Positions 24,753 through 38,612 of a DNA stretch of 64,000 nucleotides are shown here, in pieces. Within the stretch, counting starts at the first letter, position 1; each line of letters starts with the position of its first letter. Below the pieces are notes generated by a model, which was given only the letters and a program-made list of their open reading frames with translations, searched no databases and was not told the origin of the DNA. The position numbers and the translations under genes are program-made. The DNA is from Dictyostelium discoideum (lineage: Eukaryota). The stretch spans positions 576,001 through 640,000 of the forward strand of contig CM000151.3 of NCBI GenBank assembly GCA_000004695.1, read 5' to 3'.

Positions 24753-24783
24753 GTGGGGTCTTAATTTTAAAATGCCTCCCCAC
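24753..24783 (+). ncRNA. Candidate very small pol III-type RNA: 6-bp GC stem hairpin plus T10, preceded by a DUSE-like motif.
   Basis: GTGGGG-N19-CCCCAC (24753-24783) is followed by T10 (24784-24793). CCCACAA is at 24691-24697, 62 nt upstream. Confidence 0.25.
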
Positions 24784-25250
24784 TTTTTTTTTTTATCTCA
24801 ATTATATCTAATTTTAATTTCGATCACACCTCTCTGGGGTTAAAAAAAAAAAAAAATAGAAAAAAAAAAAAAAAAAAAAAAATCAATAAAAAAAAAAAAA
24901 AAAAAAAAAAAAATCAAAAACCAAAAATAAAAAAAAAAAAATAAAAACAAAAACACCCATTTTATGTAAAAAATTAATAAAATTGTAAAAATAGGATATT
25001 TATTCCCAAATTAATACACATTTTTTTTTTTTTAATATTTTATTTTTATTATTTAAAATTTTTTTTTTTTTTTTTTTTTTTAGATTTTGAACATTATTAA
25101 ATAATAATAATAATAATTATACTATTTTTTTTTTGTGCTTTTGAATTGGAGAAAAAAGAAAAAAAAAAAAAAAAAACCTATTAATAAAATATTCGAGATG
25201 TGATTTTTTTAAGAAAAAAAAAAAAACCAAAAATAAAAAATAAAGGAAAA

Positions 25251-26458
25251 TTAAAAATAACTAACTAATAATAAAAATTTTAATACATACAATACGAAAG
25301 TACCGGATTTAGCCTTCACTGATCCAGTTGAAGAAGATTTTTTCTTTGTTCCTTGGAAATCGGTATTGAAAAAGTTTTGTTGTTGATTTGGATTATTTGA
25401 ATTTGTTTGCTGTATAGTTGAAACTTGTGAATAATCAAATGAGACAAATTGTTGTTGTTGTTGTTGTGGTTGTTGTGGTTGTTGGGATGGTTGAATTGGT
25501 TGTTGTTGAGATGGTTGTTGTTGTAATGTTTGTTTAGATTGTTTTTTAGAAACAACGCCGCTAGTTGTTGTAGTTATAGTAGTTGATGATGATGATGATG
25601 ATGCTAATGATTGAGTTTGTTGTTGAATTTGTTGAGGTATTGATTGTATTTGAGATTTATTAGATTGAGTTGATGTATTTAATTGTGGCGATGGTTGTTG
25701 TGGTTGAGATAATGTTGATGTTGTTGTTGTTGTTGCTGTTGCTGATGATGCTGGTTGTTGTTGTAATTGTTGTGAAACTGGTTTAAAAGAATCAGCAGAT
25801 TGTTCATTATTAATCCAACCAATTTCTTTCAAGAATGAAAAAGTATCAGTGACAGAAGCATTTTCATCTTTTTTAGATTTTGGTGGATTATTAGTTGAAT
25901 CTAATAAAGATGATGGTGAAGTTGATAGTGAAGTAGTTGCAGAAATTGATGAATTTTCTTTTAACTTTTTCTTTTCTTTATTTCTTCTTCTATTCATATT
26001 TGATAATTGATAAATTTCTTGCATACTCTTTGGAACTTGATTATTATTTAAATTTGAACTACTTGTATTTGCAGTGGTGGTCGTGGTGGTTGTAGTTGTT
26101 GAATTAGAAGTTGATGTTGAATCATTTGAATGTTTAGAATCTTTTTCGTCATCACTTTCATCATCAATATCTTCATCCTCCTCATCATCTTCGTCATCAT
26201 CTTTATTATTATTATTATTGGTACTTTCATCATCGTCATCTTCTTCGTCATCATCATCATCGTCGTCGTCGTCATCACTTTCCTCATCACCATTTGAAGC
26301 CCCTGTTCCACCTCCTCCACCACCTGTATTACCTGATCTTCTTGAAGATTTTGAAGATTTTGAAGATTTATCATCATCATCATAATCCATTTCATCATTA
26401 TCATCATTTCCACTTACACCACCTGTAATTTCACTATCTTGATTATTATCACCATCGC

Positions 26459-26491
<33 letters not shown>

Positions 26492-28279
26492 CACTTTGTT
26501 GTTGTTGTTGATCAATTGATTTCAATTGTTGAGTTGGTTTAAAAACTGGAGCATAAGTTGATTGTTCAAAAGAAGAAGCAACCATTGAAGCTATTCTTTT
26601 GGATCTCTTTCTATCTGGATGATTTTCATCATCACCACTACTTGAAATATCGAATAAACTATTGGTAGAGATTGAAGTACTTGAGTGATTACTTTGATTT
26701 ACACTTGAAACACAAGTTGATTTCTTACCAATTGAAGTTAACGATTGAAAAGCTGGTTGTAAATTATTAACCATTGCAACATGAGTCGTTGCTGATTGTC
26801 CAAAATTACCATTACCCGTTGCATTATCAACATCACTTGATAACCATTTTGCTGTTTTATATAATTGATCTGTTGTTAAAACTGGACTATTTGAATTATG
26901 ATTTTTAATATTTGGTACTGGTGATAATGATCTTTCTGTTTTAATTGGTTGTTGTTGTTGTGGTTGTTGTAGTTGTTGTTGTTGTGGTGGTGGTGGTTGT
27001 ATAATTGGTTTTATAGTTGTTGCTTGTGGTACTGTTGCTGCTGTAACTTGTTGTTGTTGTTGAATTTGTTGTTGTTGAATTTGTTGTTGTTTTTGAGTAT
27101 AAAAAACATTTGATTGATTATTTAAAAGACTATGTAATTGTGGAATAAAAGATGGTTGTTTTGAAGGATCTTCAATTCTAGCTTTTAAAATCTCTTGAAT
27201 TAATTGATGAGAATGTTGTTTAATTGATGGTGGAATTGGTGAACAAAGAGTTAATAATTCTTGTACTGAAGTTGGTTGTCTTTCAACGATTGTTAACATC
27301 ATTTGATTTGGTAAGATATAACGAACACTTTCATCTTCATCACGTGCTAAACCTTCTCTCCAATGATAGAGTACTTTCAATACATTCAATTGAGTTGGAC
27401 TATATTGTAAATTCAATTTCTTTGCGAAATTAATATGGCTATTATCATCCAAAATATCCTTTTCATAACGAAGTAATGATAATTCTCTTGAACGTCTTAA
27501 AACTTCCAATAATAAATGATTATTTAATTGGGTGGTGGTACTGGTACTGGTGTTGGTACTGGTACCACTACTACCTAAATTTTTATTACCTTTTGAAATT
27601 AATTCATTACGTAAACGATCATAAATATATAATAAGTAATGAGTATCTTCACGAGCGTATTTAATCATTTCTTCAGGTAATTTTCTAATTCTCCAATCTG
27701 CTAATTGGTATTTTTTATTTGCATCGATTGCACAATAAAACTTTAAGAGGAAAGCTAGTGAAGCGGAAGGGTATTCAAGTATTCTTGAGGCTTGACCAGT
27801 GTCAAACATATTTACAATGTACACACCGAAATCCCTTTGCAACCATTTTATATCGCTATCACTACCATGTAAAACCTTGACAATCGATGGATTTGTGAAA
27901 ACCTGATTCAACATGTGAATGTGAGATCTTAATAGCAGGGTATCAATTAAGAAATCCTCTGAACGTGTTGAAATTTGCATTAAACATGTGAACCCTTGAT
28001 AAGTTCTATAACTATGATGCTCCAAATCGATGGCAATCTCTTGACAATGAATTAACTTTTCAACCAATTCCTCCAATTGTCTAACAGTTTCAACCCATGT
28101 AAATGGTGTCTCATCTAATCCTCTTGCTAAAATCTCTTTACATTGTTGAGTTTGTTGTTCTGTATATTTAAAATTATTAATTTCATATTCATATGGATGT
28201 GGAAATATTATACCCTCTTGTTCTTTACTTCTAATAATTTTACCAAATGAAATTTCTTTTGGTATTGATTTTTTAAATA
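25251..28279 (-). CDS. exosc10: Exosome 3'-5' exoribonuclease Rrp6/EXOSC10, exon 3. DEDD exonuclease and HRDC region plus a long low-complexity C-terminus.
   Basis: IAIDLEHHSYRTYQGFTCLMQISTRSEDFLIDTL and HGSDSDIKWLQRDFGVYIVNMFDT match Rrp6 Exo motifs. AG acceptor is at 28280-28281 on the minus strand. Confidence 0.8.
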
Positions 28280-28375
28280 CTAAAAAAAAAAAAAAAAAAA
28301 AAAATTAATAAGAGGGAGAGGGGAGAGAGAGAGAAAAAAAAAAAAAATAAAATAAAAAATTAAAAACAAACATAC

Positions 28376-28601
28376 CTTCATCTAATTCAACCATTGCATT
28401 TGGTTTTGATCTAATTTTTGGTAAAAATGGGAAATTATTATTATCAAATGGATCTTCAAATTTATGTTGTGGTCTAACTATATTATTACCATAAAACATA
28501 TTTATTTCATTTCCTGCTTTTTTACTATTTCCTGGTTGAATAGTTGATGATATAAAAATATTGGTTTGATTTTGATTATATTTTGGATCAATTGTTTTAT
28601 C
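28376..28601 (-). CDS. exosc10: Rrp6, exon 2.
   Basis: GTATGT donor at 28375 and AG acceptor at 28602 on the minus strand. It is phase-consistent with exons 1 and 3. Confidence 0.6.
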
Positions 28602-28681
28602 CTATAAATATAAAATAAAATAAAAAATATATTAATACATTAATTTTTAAAAATAATAATAATAATAATAAAGGTACATAC

Positions 28682-29014
28682 AACTTTATCAATCATTCCA
28701 TCAACGATATCAACAATACCACTAAAACGATCGGATAAATCATCTACATCATTTGTATCAGTTAATGATAAATCTGATTTTGGATTTTCAGATTGTACAA
28801 AATTTTGAGCTAAATTTAATAATCTCTTTCCTAATGAATTCATTTTTAATTTAAATTCTGGGAATGTTTCATAATATGAATAATCCTCTTCTGATGGTAA
28901 ATTATTTGATAATTTAGCTGCTTGAACTAAACCTCCAAATAATTGTTTTGAAAATTGTTCAACTCTATCATTTGTTGTACCATTTTCATTAAATGTATTA
29001 TTATTTGAAAACAT
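28682..29014 (-). CDS. exosc10: Rrp6, exon 1 (PMC2NT N-terminal domain).
   Basis: MFSNNNTFNE...LFGGLVQAAKLSNNLPSEEDYSYYETFPEFKLKM. GTATGT donor at 28681. Confidence 0.65.
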
Positions 29015-29415
29015 TCTAAAATCTTTATTATTTATTATTTATTTATTATTATTTATTATTATTTTATTTTATTATTTTATTTTATTGTATTTATTTTATT
29101 TTTTTAATAATTCACCTGCTAAAATAATGAATTTAGATTCCAATTGGGGGTGGAGCTCTAAATGTGTGAATGTTACAACTGATGAGATGTAATGTTTTAA
29201 TAAAAAAAAAAAAAAAAAAAAAAAAACGAAAAAAAAAAAAAAAAAAAAAAAATTTTTTGCGGTTATAAAAATAAAAAAAATAAAAAAAAAAAAAAAATTT
29301 GAAAATTTAAAAAAAAAAATAAAAATAAAAATAAAAATAAAAATAAAAATAAAAAAAAAATAATAAAAAAAATTATTACATGTTATTTGTATGATTATAT
29401 GTTTAGAAAAGAAAT

Positions 29416-29452
<37 letters not shown>

Positions 29453-29713
29453 TAAAATTATTTGGTTATTAAAATTTTTGTTTTAAAAAAAAAATAAAAA
29501 ACGAAAATAAAAAATAAATTTATTATTTGTTTAAATAAATGGAAAAGAATATTTTTTTTTTTTTTTTTTTTAATTATTAACATTATTTGATTATTAAATT
29601 TTTTATTTAAAAAAAATTAATTTTATGGTGATCTTTGTTCATATTATTTTATTTTTTTTTTTTATAAAAATAATAATATATTTAATTTCCTACTTTTCTT
29701 GATTTTTTTTTTC

Positions 29714-29748
<35 letters not shown>

Positions 29749-29878
29749 TATTATTTTAATATATTGAATATGATTTACCACAGCCAATTTATAAATATGT
29801 TATTTTATTTTTTATTTTATTTTTTTATTTTTTATTAAAGATTTGATTATTGATTATTGATTATTGATTATTGATTAT

Positions 29879-31078
29879 TTATAATTTTTCTAAAACTAAA
29901 GCAGTACTACCACCACCACCATTACAAATAGCAGCAACACCATATTTAAGATTTTTATTTTGAAGTAAATGAGTAAGAGTAACAACAATACGACAACCTG
30001 ATGAACCAATTGGATGACCTAATGCAACGGCACCACCATTAACATTGAGTTTATTATGATCGATATCTAAGATCTTTGCATTTGCAAGACCAACAACAGC
30101 AAAGGCTTCATTGATTTCAAAGAGATCAACTTGTGACATATTGATACCTGCATTTTTAAGTGCCTTTGGAATGGCAAGAGCTGGTGCAGTTGGGAATTCG
30201 ATTGGTGCTTGTTCAGCATCGGCATAACCAATAATACGGGCTAATGGTTTGAGACCCAATTCCTTTGCATGACTTTCACTCATCAAAATGACTGAAGAAG
30301 CACCATCATTCAATTTTGAAGCGTTGGCAGGTGTGACTGTACCATTTGGGGTAAAAGCTGGTTTTAAGTTTGGAATTTTATCAAAGAGTACTTTCTTTGG
30401 CTCTTCATCCTCGACGACATAGGTGACTTTACCACCACGACCAACGATTGGAACTTGAACAATCTCGTCATTGAAGAAACCATTCTTTTGAGCTTCGAGG
30501 GCACGCAAATAACTATCTACAGCGAATTTATCTTGTTGTTCACGAGTGATCTTATATTTATCGGCACAATCATCTCCACAAACACCCATAGCACTTCCGT
30601 TGTATGCGTCGGCTAAACCATCTCTAACCAAACCATCGATGAATGTTTGGTTGCCATACTTTGCACCGAATCTCATTTTATCGGCATAGTATGGCACTTG
30701 TGACATTGATTCGAAACCACCTGCAACCACAGTTTTGCTGTGACCCAATGCGATTGATTGTGCGCCAAATACAATTGCTTTCATACCTGATGAACATACT
30801 TTATTGATGGTGGTTGTGATGGTTTTTTGTTCTAAACCAGCTCCCAATGCACATTGACGTGCTGGTGCTTGTCCTAAATTGGCTGAAATTACATTACCAA
30901 TGATTGCTTCATCAACATCTGATGGTTTAATACCTGCTCTCTTTACTGCTTCTTCAATTGTTATTGATGATAATTTTGTACCTGGTATTGTTGATAATGA
31001 ACCACCAATTGAACCAATTGGTGTTCTAACTGCTGAAACAATTACAACTGATTCAAGGTTTTTTGCTGTAGTATACAT
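29879..31078 (-). CDS. Acetyl-CoA C-acetyltransferase (acetoacetyl-CoA thiolase).
   Basis: 399-aa ORF with thiolase signatures: VVIVSAVRTPIGS, NVNGGAVALGHPIGSSGCRIVVTL, GVAAICNGGGGSTALVLE. Confidence 0.9.
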   Translation of the reverse strand: MYTTAKNLESVVIVSAVRTPIGSIGGSLSTIPGTKLSSITIEEAVKRAGIKPSDVDEAIIGNVISANLGQAPARQCALGAGLEQKTITTTINKVCSSGMKAIVFGAQSIALGHSKTVVAGGFESMSQVPYYADKMRFGAKYGNQTFIDGLVRDGLADAYNGSAMGVCGDDCADKYKITREQQDKFAVDSYLRALEAQKNGFFNDEIVQVPIVGRGGKVTYVVEDEEPKKVLFDKIPNLKPAFTPNGTVTPANASKLNDGASSVILMSESHAKELGLKPLARIIGYADAEQAPIEFPTAPALAIPKALKNAGINMSQVDLFEINEAFAVVGLANAKILDIDHNKLNVNGGAVALGHPIGSSGCRIVVTLTHLLQNKNLKYGVAAICNGGGGSTALVLEKL

Positions 31079-31490
31079 TCTCTTTACCTAAAAAAATTCA
31101 ATTATTATTATTATTTTATTATTATTATTAATAAAAAAAAAATAAAAAAATGAAAAAAAAAAAATAAAAAAAGGAATGAAAAATTTTTAATTTTTTAAAA
31201 TTAAAAGAAATAATAATAATTAATTTAAAAAAAAAAAAAAATTATATTATTAGATAAAAGAATATTAAAATTGTCTTTTTTGAATTTATTTTTTTATTTT
31301 TTTATTAATTTTTTTTTTATTAATTTTTTTTTTTTTAACCGTTCATTATTTTTACCTACATTTGAGTTTAAAACTTTTGAAAGGTTTGAAATCATCTTTT
31401 TAAGTATATATTTTATATTTTGGTGTGTGTATGATTTTTAAACTCTTTAATAAAAAAAAAAAAAATTTTAAATTTTAAAACAAAAATTTT

Positions 31491-31536
<46 letters not shown>

Positions 31537-31766
31537 ATTTACGTAAATTTCAATTTTTTAATTTTTTTACGTTTGAAATAAAATTGATTTTTCCCGAATG
31601 AATTTATAAATCAAACAATTTTTTTTTTTTTTTTTTATATTTTTTAAAAAACTTTATTTGATTTTTTTTTTATTTTTATTTATCTATTTATTTATTTATT
31701 TTTATTTATGTATTAAATAATTAATTAAAAACTATTATAAAAATTATAAACTATTTAATTAAAAAC

Positions 31767-31797
<31 letters not shown>

Positions 31798-32311
31798 CAT
31801 ATTTTTCTGGAAAATTTGAAAAGGTGTATTAACATGACGCAATTTTTTATTTTTTTATTTTTTTTTTTTTTTTATTTATTTTTTTTTTTTTTTTTTTGTT
31901 TTTTTTTTTTTTTTTTCACTGATATTTGTGAATTTTATAAAATAGTGATCATAAATCAATTTAATGAGTTGTTAGAAAAATTGTAAATCAATTTTTAAAA
32001 AAATAAATAAATAAAAAGTTTAATTTTTTCCTATCAATTTATTTATTTATTACAAATTTATTTAGTTATCAAATTTCACTTAACTATATTTTTTTTTTTT
32101 TGAATGTTTAGATTTTTTTTTTTTTTTTAATATTTATGAATTAAACTTATTTATTTATTTATTTTTTTTTTAAAAATTGATTTATATGTATTCTTATTTT
32201 ATTATTATTTTATTATTATTTTTTTTTTTTGTTTTTTTTGTTTTTTTTTTTTTTTTTTTTAAATATTAACCAATTTAAATTAATTATTATTATTATTTTT
32301 TTTTGAAATTT

Positions 32312-33331
32312 TTAAACTTGAAATTCAACATAAGTTAAAGCATTACCTTCACGTGGTTCAATCATTGGTTCTAAATAATTCCATTCATTCTTTTCAATAT
32401 TATAACATTGATTTTCAGCTAAAACCTCAGAAAAGTAACCACCAATGACATAGATATTACCAGTACCATCAAAGATTGCAGAATTGCGAACATCTATTGG
32501 CTTTTTCATATCGGAAAGACTTTCCCATTCCCAAGTTTCAATATTCATACGTTCTAGGTTATTTGAAATTTTTCTACCACCAAAACTACCACCCATAACG
32601 TAGATATGATTATTTCCATCGTAAACAGCACCAGGTCCATCACGTTGTTTTCTCATTTTACCAACCTTTACCCATTTATCGGATTGAATATCATATTGTT
32701 CAATGATATCCAAAGCTTTTCCATTGAAACCACCAATAGCATAAATAGAGCCACCATTACGTGGATCATAGATAGCTGATAGATCGGATCTTGGTACTTT
32801 CATTTTCTTTAGACTTTGATACTCTTGAGTGAGAATATCAAAACGATCGATTTGATTAGAGAACCAAGTTTGATCCTTACCACCAACGATATAGATATAA
32901 CGTTGACCATCGAAAACTGTGGCATGTCTCGATCTCTCTCTTGGCATTTCTTTACCCATTACCCATTTATTATCATGAATACAATAACGTTCTACGGATT
33001 TCTCGAAACCACCTGGACATTCACCACCAAAAACATATATATATTGTTTACCATCGAAAACCGCTGAAATTCTATTACGATGGAAATTCATTGGTGATAC
33101 ATAATTCCATTTATTTTGTTGTATTGAATAACATTCAACCGATTGTTTCAATTGTCCACCAATTGCATAAATAAATCTAATTGTAAATTTAATTGTTAAA
33201 TTTGATTTTCTAATTAAATTTAATGATGTTGAATTAATAATATTAATAATTTCTTCATTATTTGATTCAATTAATTTATTTTGTATTGGTGAATTTGGCG
33301 CACTTATATTATTATTATTATTATTTTTATT

Positions 33332-33411
<80 letters not shown>

Positions 33412-34476
33412 GAGATGATGATGATGATGATGATGATGATAAATTTAATTTATTTTCAACTAAATCTAAACACCAAGTTGAACTTCTTTCAATATTTGAA
33501 ACTTGAATTGAATTTTGAATTGATTGTAATAAAGGTTTCTTTTTATTCATTAATGAATTAATTTGTTGAATTAATCCTTTTGAATTTGGAGATGAGGTTT
33601 TTGAAGAAGATGATGAAGAAGATGATGATGATATTGAAGAAGTGGATGAAGAAGTGGATGAAGAAGTGGAAGTTATAGAAGATGATGAAGAAGAAGAATG
33701 TAGCGCAGGTGATGTTGGATTTGAATTGCCAAGTTCTAAATATTCCATTTGATCATTAATTATTTGTTGTTGATGATTATTACTATTATTATTGCTATTA
33801 ATAATAATATTATTACTATAATGACCACGTTTATTTTGTTGTATTTGTTTTTGTTCATTCTTTTTATTTTGTTTATGTTCAAATTCAATATCAGATAATA
33901 ATTGATTAATTAAATTTCTTTTAATTTCCAAAGAGTTTTTAAATTCATTGAAATCTTGATCAACTTGATTTAAAAGTTGTTGAGTGATTGTATTGATTTT
34001 CATTTTAATTTTTTGTTTTTGAGTATTCAAATCGGGTTGACATTGAATGGCTTGTTCAGAGATCTCCCTTTGAATGTGTAATTTATTACGTACTTGATTT
34101 AGATATTGTTTGGTTGCCTTATAATCTTGTTTAGTTTCATTTAATATATCGTTTAATGATTTTAAGGCATGTCCATAGTGTTGATTATCGATATATATAC
34201 ATTTTGCACAAACACCACTACAACATTCAAAACAATAATATTGTATCTCTGAATTATGTAATAAACATTCATTATTTGTAATGAAAAATATATTATCATT
34301 AATATATGTTTGTGATATAATTAAATTATTATTATTAGTAATATTATTATTATTACTATTATTGCTATTATTAATTAGGCTATTATTATTTATAAAAATA
34401 TTATTATTGCTATTTGATTTATATATATGATGGCTATTATTAATATTATTATTATTATTATTATTATTGCTGCCAA

Positions 34477-34516
<40 letters not shown>

Positions 34517-34589
34517 ATTATTAGTATTATTATTATTATTATTATTACAACTGTACAAAAATTGATTATGATTATTATTTATATTTTCA

Positions 34590-34620
<31 letters not shown>

Positions 34621-35935
34621 TAATATTATTATTATTATTATTATTAATATGATTGAAATTATTTGACCCCATTATTACTGGACTACTTGGGACACTAGAT
34701 GAGGTTGAACTATTGGTTGGTCTTATATGTGGTGACTGTTGTACGTTTACATTATATACATTGGTAGGTCCATTTACAAGTGGACTAAATCCACCAAAAA
34801 TATTTGGTGAATGATTTGAAAATGATGGATGTTGCTCGTTATTATTATTTTTACTATAATATTGTTGAATTGGTGGAGGTGGTTGAATTGGAGATTGAGT
34901 TTGAAAAGTTGATTGTGGTTGAGGTTGTGGTTGTGATTGTGGTTGAACCTGTGGTTGTGGTTGTTGGGGTTGATGATGATTAAGATGTTGATGATGATTA
35001 CTATTATTATTAATATTATTATTATATTTATTTAAAGTTGAAACACTTGTTGTTTCATCGTCCGTTAGTAATTGCATCATCGAAGGTGAAGATAAAGGAT
35101 TTAATGGCAATGGTGGTACCATTAATGGTGAAAATTGACTACTCCCACCTCCTCCACTATTAGATGATGGATGAATTCTTGGTGAGAATTGGCCACTACC
35201 ATTTTGAGGGGGTAGTGCACTTCTTGGTGATAATTGTGAAGATAATAAATATGGTGATGGTGCAGGTGACCCGATGGGGGAAGGAGATGTATGATGAAGA
35301 AGTGGTGATTGATGTACGGTACCACCTGCATTTCCCCTTGGTGATGATGGATTATTGTTATTATTAATATTGCCCAAATTCAAATTACTTAAATTTGTAA
35401 TACCATTCAAGCTATTTAATAGTGGTGGGGGAGGTTTCATTCCATTCATATTTGGACTTCCTATTGGCGCTGTATTACCACCACTACTACCATTACCATT
35501 ACCATTACCATTACCATTACCACTACCATTACCATTAATAATACCATTATTATTGTTATTTATATTATTATTTATACCGCCATTGTTATTTTTATTAATA
35601 TTGATATTATTATTGTTATTATTATTATTATTATTATAATGACCATTTCCATTTACATTTACAACGATACCGCCAATACTACCATTTAATTGATAATTTT
35701 TAAATTCGTTTGCATATCTTGTAAGTTGCTCATTATTCCATGCTTCATGAGAACTAGTTTTATCACCACATATTCTGCAATGGTAAAGCATTTGTTTTGA
35801 TCTTGAAAAACTGTTGAGTTCTAGGCAATCACTACAAAAACTGTGATTACATCTCAAAGTTTTTGGATGAGTAAATAATTTTTTACAAATAAAGCATTGT
35901 GGGTAAAATTGATATCCATTGCTATCAACAAACAT
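32312..35935 (-). CDS. RBCC-Kelch protein: N-terminal RING, B-box and coiled coil, long low-complexity linker, C-terminal six-blade Kelch propeller.
   Basis: RING is CFICKKLFTHPKTLRCNHSFCSDCL...CRICGDKT. B-box is CLLHNSEIQYYCFECCSGVCAKCIYIDNQHYGH. Six Kelch-type repeats: IYAIGG, IYVFGG, IYIVGG, IYAIGG, IYVMGG, IYVIGG, each followed by a W. Confidence 0.75.
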
Positions 35936-36416
35936 TTTAAACTTCTATTTTTTTTTTTTTTTTTTTGGTTTTGGTTTTTTTTTTTTTTTTTTTTATGGAT
36001 TTTTTATATGATTTTTATTATTATTATTTTTTACAATTTTAAAAGAGTTATGATTATAAACTTTTGAAAAAAAAAAAAAAAAAAATATAACAAATAAATA
36101 AAAAAAAAAAGACAGGTGTGGGGAGTTTTAAAATAAAAAAAAAATAAAAAAAATAAAAAAATAAAAAAAAAAAAAATAGAAAAGAGGTTCTCTTTTTTTA
36201 TGATTATTTTTTTTTTTTTTATACACTACTTTTTTTTTTTTTTTTTTTTTTTTGTTTTATTTTTTTGGAATAATAACTTTTTGTGGTATTTAATTATTAT
36301 GTTAATTTATTATTGCTATTACTATTTTTATATTTTTTTTAACTGACTAATATTTTTATTTTATTGAGAATATATATAAATTATTTTTTAATATAATTTT
36401 ATAAATATGTATATAT

Positions 36417-36453
<37 letters not shown>

Positions 36454-36563
36454 TTATTATTTTTTTTTATTTTTACAACAAATATAATATTAATATAGTA
36501 TATACTATTAATGTTCAAGTTAATGTTTTTTGTTTATTATTTTTTTTTTATTTTTTTATTTTT

Positions 36564-36610
<47 letters not shown>

Positions 36611-38181
36611 TTTGTTTTTATTTTTTTAAAAGTCACAAGAGAAAAGAAAAAAAAAAAAAAAAAAAAAAAAATAAAAAAAGGAAAAAAAAAAAAAAAAAAA
36701 AAAAAAATGAAAAAGATTTTTAATAATCCAAAAATTTTAATTGAAATTACCAACTGAAAGTTATATTAAAAAAAAAAAAAAAAAAAAAATTAAAAAAATA
36801 ATTTTTTAATAAAATGAAAAAATCATAAAAAAAAAAAATTGAACAAGGTGACCTGATTTGGGATGATGGAAAAAAAATCAAAATTGAACCAATTTGAAAA
36901 AAAAATTAAAAAAAAAAAATAAAAAAAAAGAAATCTTAACACAAAAAGAGAGACAATTTTGAAATAAATAAATAAATGATGGTAATGATAAAGTGAATAT
37001 TTGATTGGTAAAAATGTATGAAATAAAACGATTGATATTGTGTACTGTTTGATTTGATTTTTTAAAAGAATGAAAAATAAAAAAAAATTAAAAATAAAAA
37101 AAAAATTAAAAATAAAAAAAAAAATAAAATTAAAAAAAAAGAAAATTTAAATGAAAATTAGAAAAAAGGTTATTAATAAAATTTTATTTTTATATTAAAT
37201 AATCAAAAAAAAAAGAGGTTTTTTATTTTTTTAGTTTATTTTAAGTTTTATTATTTATATTTTAAAAATAATTTGATATTTACTCTATAAGTTATTAGTT
37301 ATAATTTTTTTTATTTTTTTTATTTTTTTTTTAATATATATATTTTTAAAGGAATTAATTTAATAAAATCATAAGAAAAACAAATTAAAAAAAAAAAAAA
37401 TTTTTATAACCAAAAAAATAAAAAAAAAAAAAAAATAAAAAATAATTGAATTTAATTATTAAAAAATATCTTTTTTTTTTTTTGATGCCCAAAGACAATT
37501 TTTTAAAAATATCTTACTTTTTTTATTTTTTTCTTTTTTTGATCATTTTTTTTATTTTAATTTATTTTAATTTTTTTAATTTTTTTTATTTTTTCCCCAC
37601 CCCAGCCTACTATGGTAACTAAGTAGTTATAGTATTTTTATATCATTTTTAATTTTTTTATTTATTAATTTATTTATTTATTTATTTTTTTATTTTTTTA
37701 TTTATTTATTCATTCATTTATTTTTATTTATTTTTATTTTTTTTTTAATCAACTTTATTTTTTTATTTTTTCTTTTTTTTTTTTTTTTTATCAACTTTAT
37801 TTATTTATTCATTTATTTATTTTTTTTTTTCCTCTTTGATTAAAAACAATTTTAAAAATAAAAAAAAAACCACTTTTTTTTATTTGAGCTAATTTGGAAA
37901 TATTAAAATAATTTGAACGGTACTTTTGATATATATATATGTGTATATATTTTTTATTTTCCTTTTTTGAAATTTGGCCAAATTTAAATGGGTTTTTTAT
38001 ATGATAATTAACGGTTAATTTTGCGCCTTTTTTATTTTTTTTTTCTTTTTTTTTTTTTTTTTTTCAAAATTAAATTTTTAAATTTTTCATTCATTTTTTT
38101 TTTTTTTTTTTTTTTATTTTTTATTTTTATTTTTCATAATCACTTTCTCAATATTATTATTATTATTTCTTTATAGCCAGC

Positions 38182-38223
<42 letters not shown>

Positions 38224-38240
38224 GTCTTCCTTGCCATCAG

Positions 38241-38286
38241 CTCCACATTATTCTTCTAAATATTATGACGATAAATATGAATACAG
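38241..38286 (+). CDS. cks1: Cyclin-dependent kinase regulatory subunit Cks1, 5' coding exon. The true start codon was not located and may sit in a tiny upstream exon.
   Basis: Encodes ...PHYSSKYYDDKYEYR, matching CKS (IYYSDKYxDDxYEYR). GTAAAT donor at 38287. Confidence 0.45.
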
Positions 38287-38484
38287 GTAAATAATAATAA
38301 TAATAAAAATAATATAATAAATAAAAAAAAAAAATAACAAAATAAAAAAAATTAAAATAAAAAATAATAATAAAAATAATAAAAAAATAATAATAAAAAT
38401 AATAAAAAAATAATAATAAAAATTATGAAAAAAAAAAAAAAAACAATAAACTCATTTATTAATAAATATTTTTTATTAAACTAG

Positions 38485-38612
38485 ACATGTAATTTTACCA
38501 TCAGAAATATCATCCCTTATCCCAAGAGATGTGTTATTAACTGAAGATGAATGTAGAAAATTAGGAATTAGACAATCTGATGGTTGGGAACATTATGCAA
38601 ATCATAAACCAG
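38485..38612 (+). CDS. cks1: Cks1, middle exon.
   Basis: HVILPSEISSLIPRDVLLTEDECRKLGIRQSDGWEHYANHKP. AG acceptor at 38483-38484 and GTAAAT donor at 38613. Confidence 0.7.

Noticed and set aside
25316-25555. 79-aa minus-strand ORF overlapping the rrp6 3' end.
   Set aside because: It is an out-of-frame reading of the Q-rich tail of Rrp6.
36511-36757. Two overlapping plus-strand ORFs (FYLFIYLFIYLF... then poly-K) in the 36.0-38.2 kb intergenic region.
   Set aside because: They translate (TTTA)n and oligo-A simple repeats, with no coding signal.
38219-38240. Considered GTAAGT...CATCAG at 38219-38240 as a 5' intron of cks1 that would supply the start codon.
   Set aside because: It would be only about 21 nt long, too short for a spliceosomal intron. 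The true cks1 start therefore remains unresolved, which is why exon 1 is flagged as uncertain.
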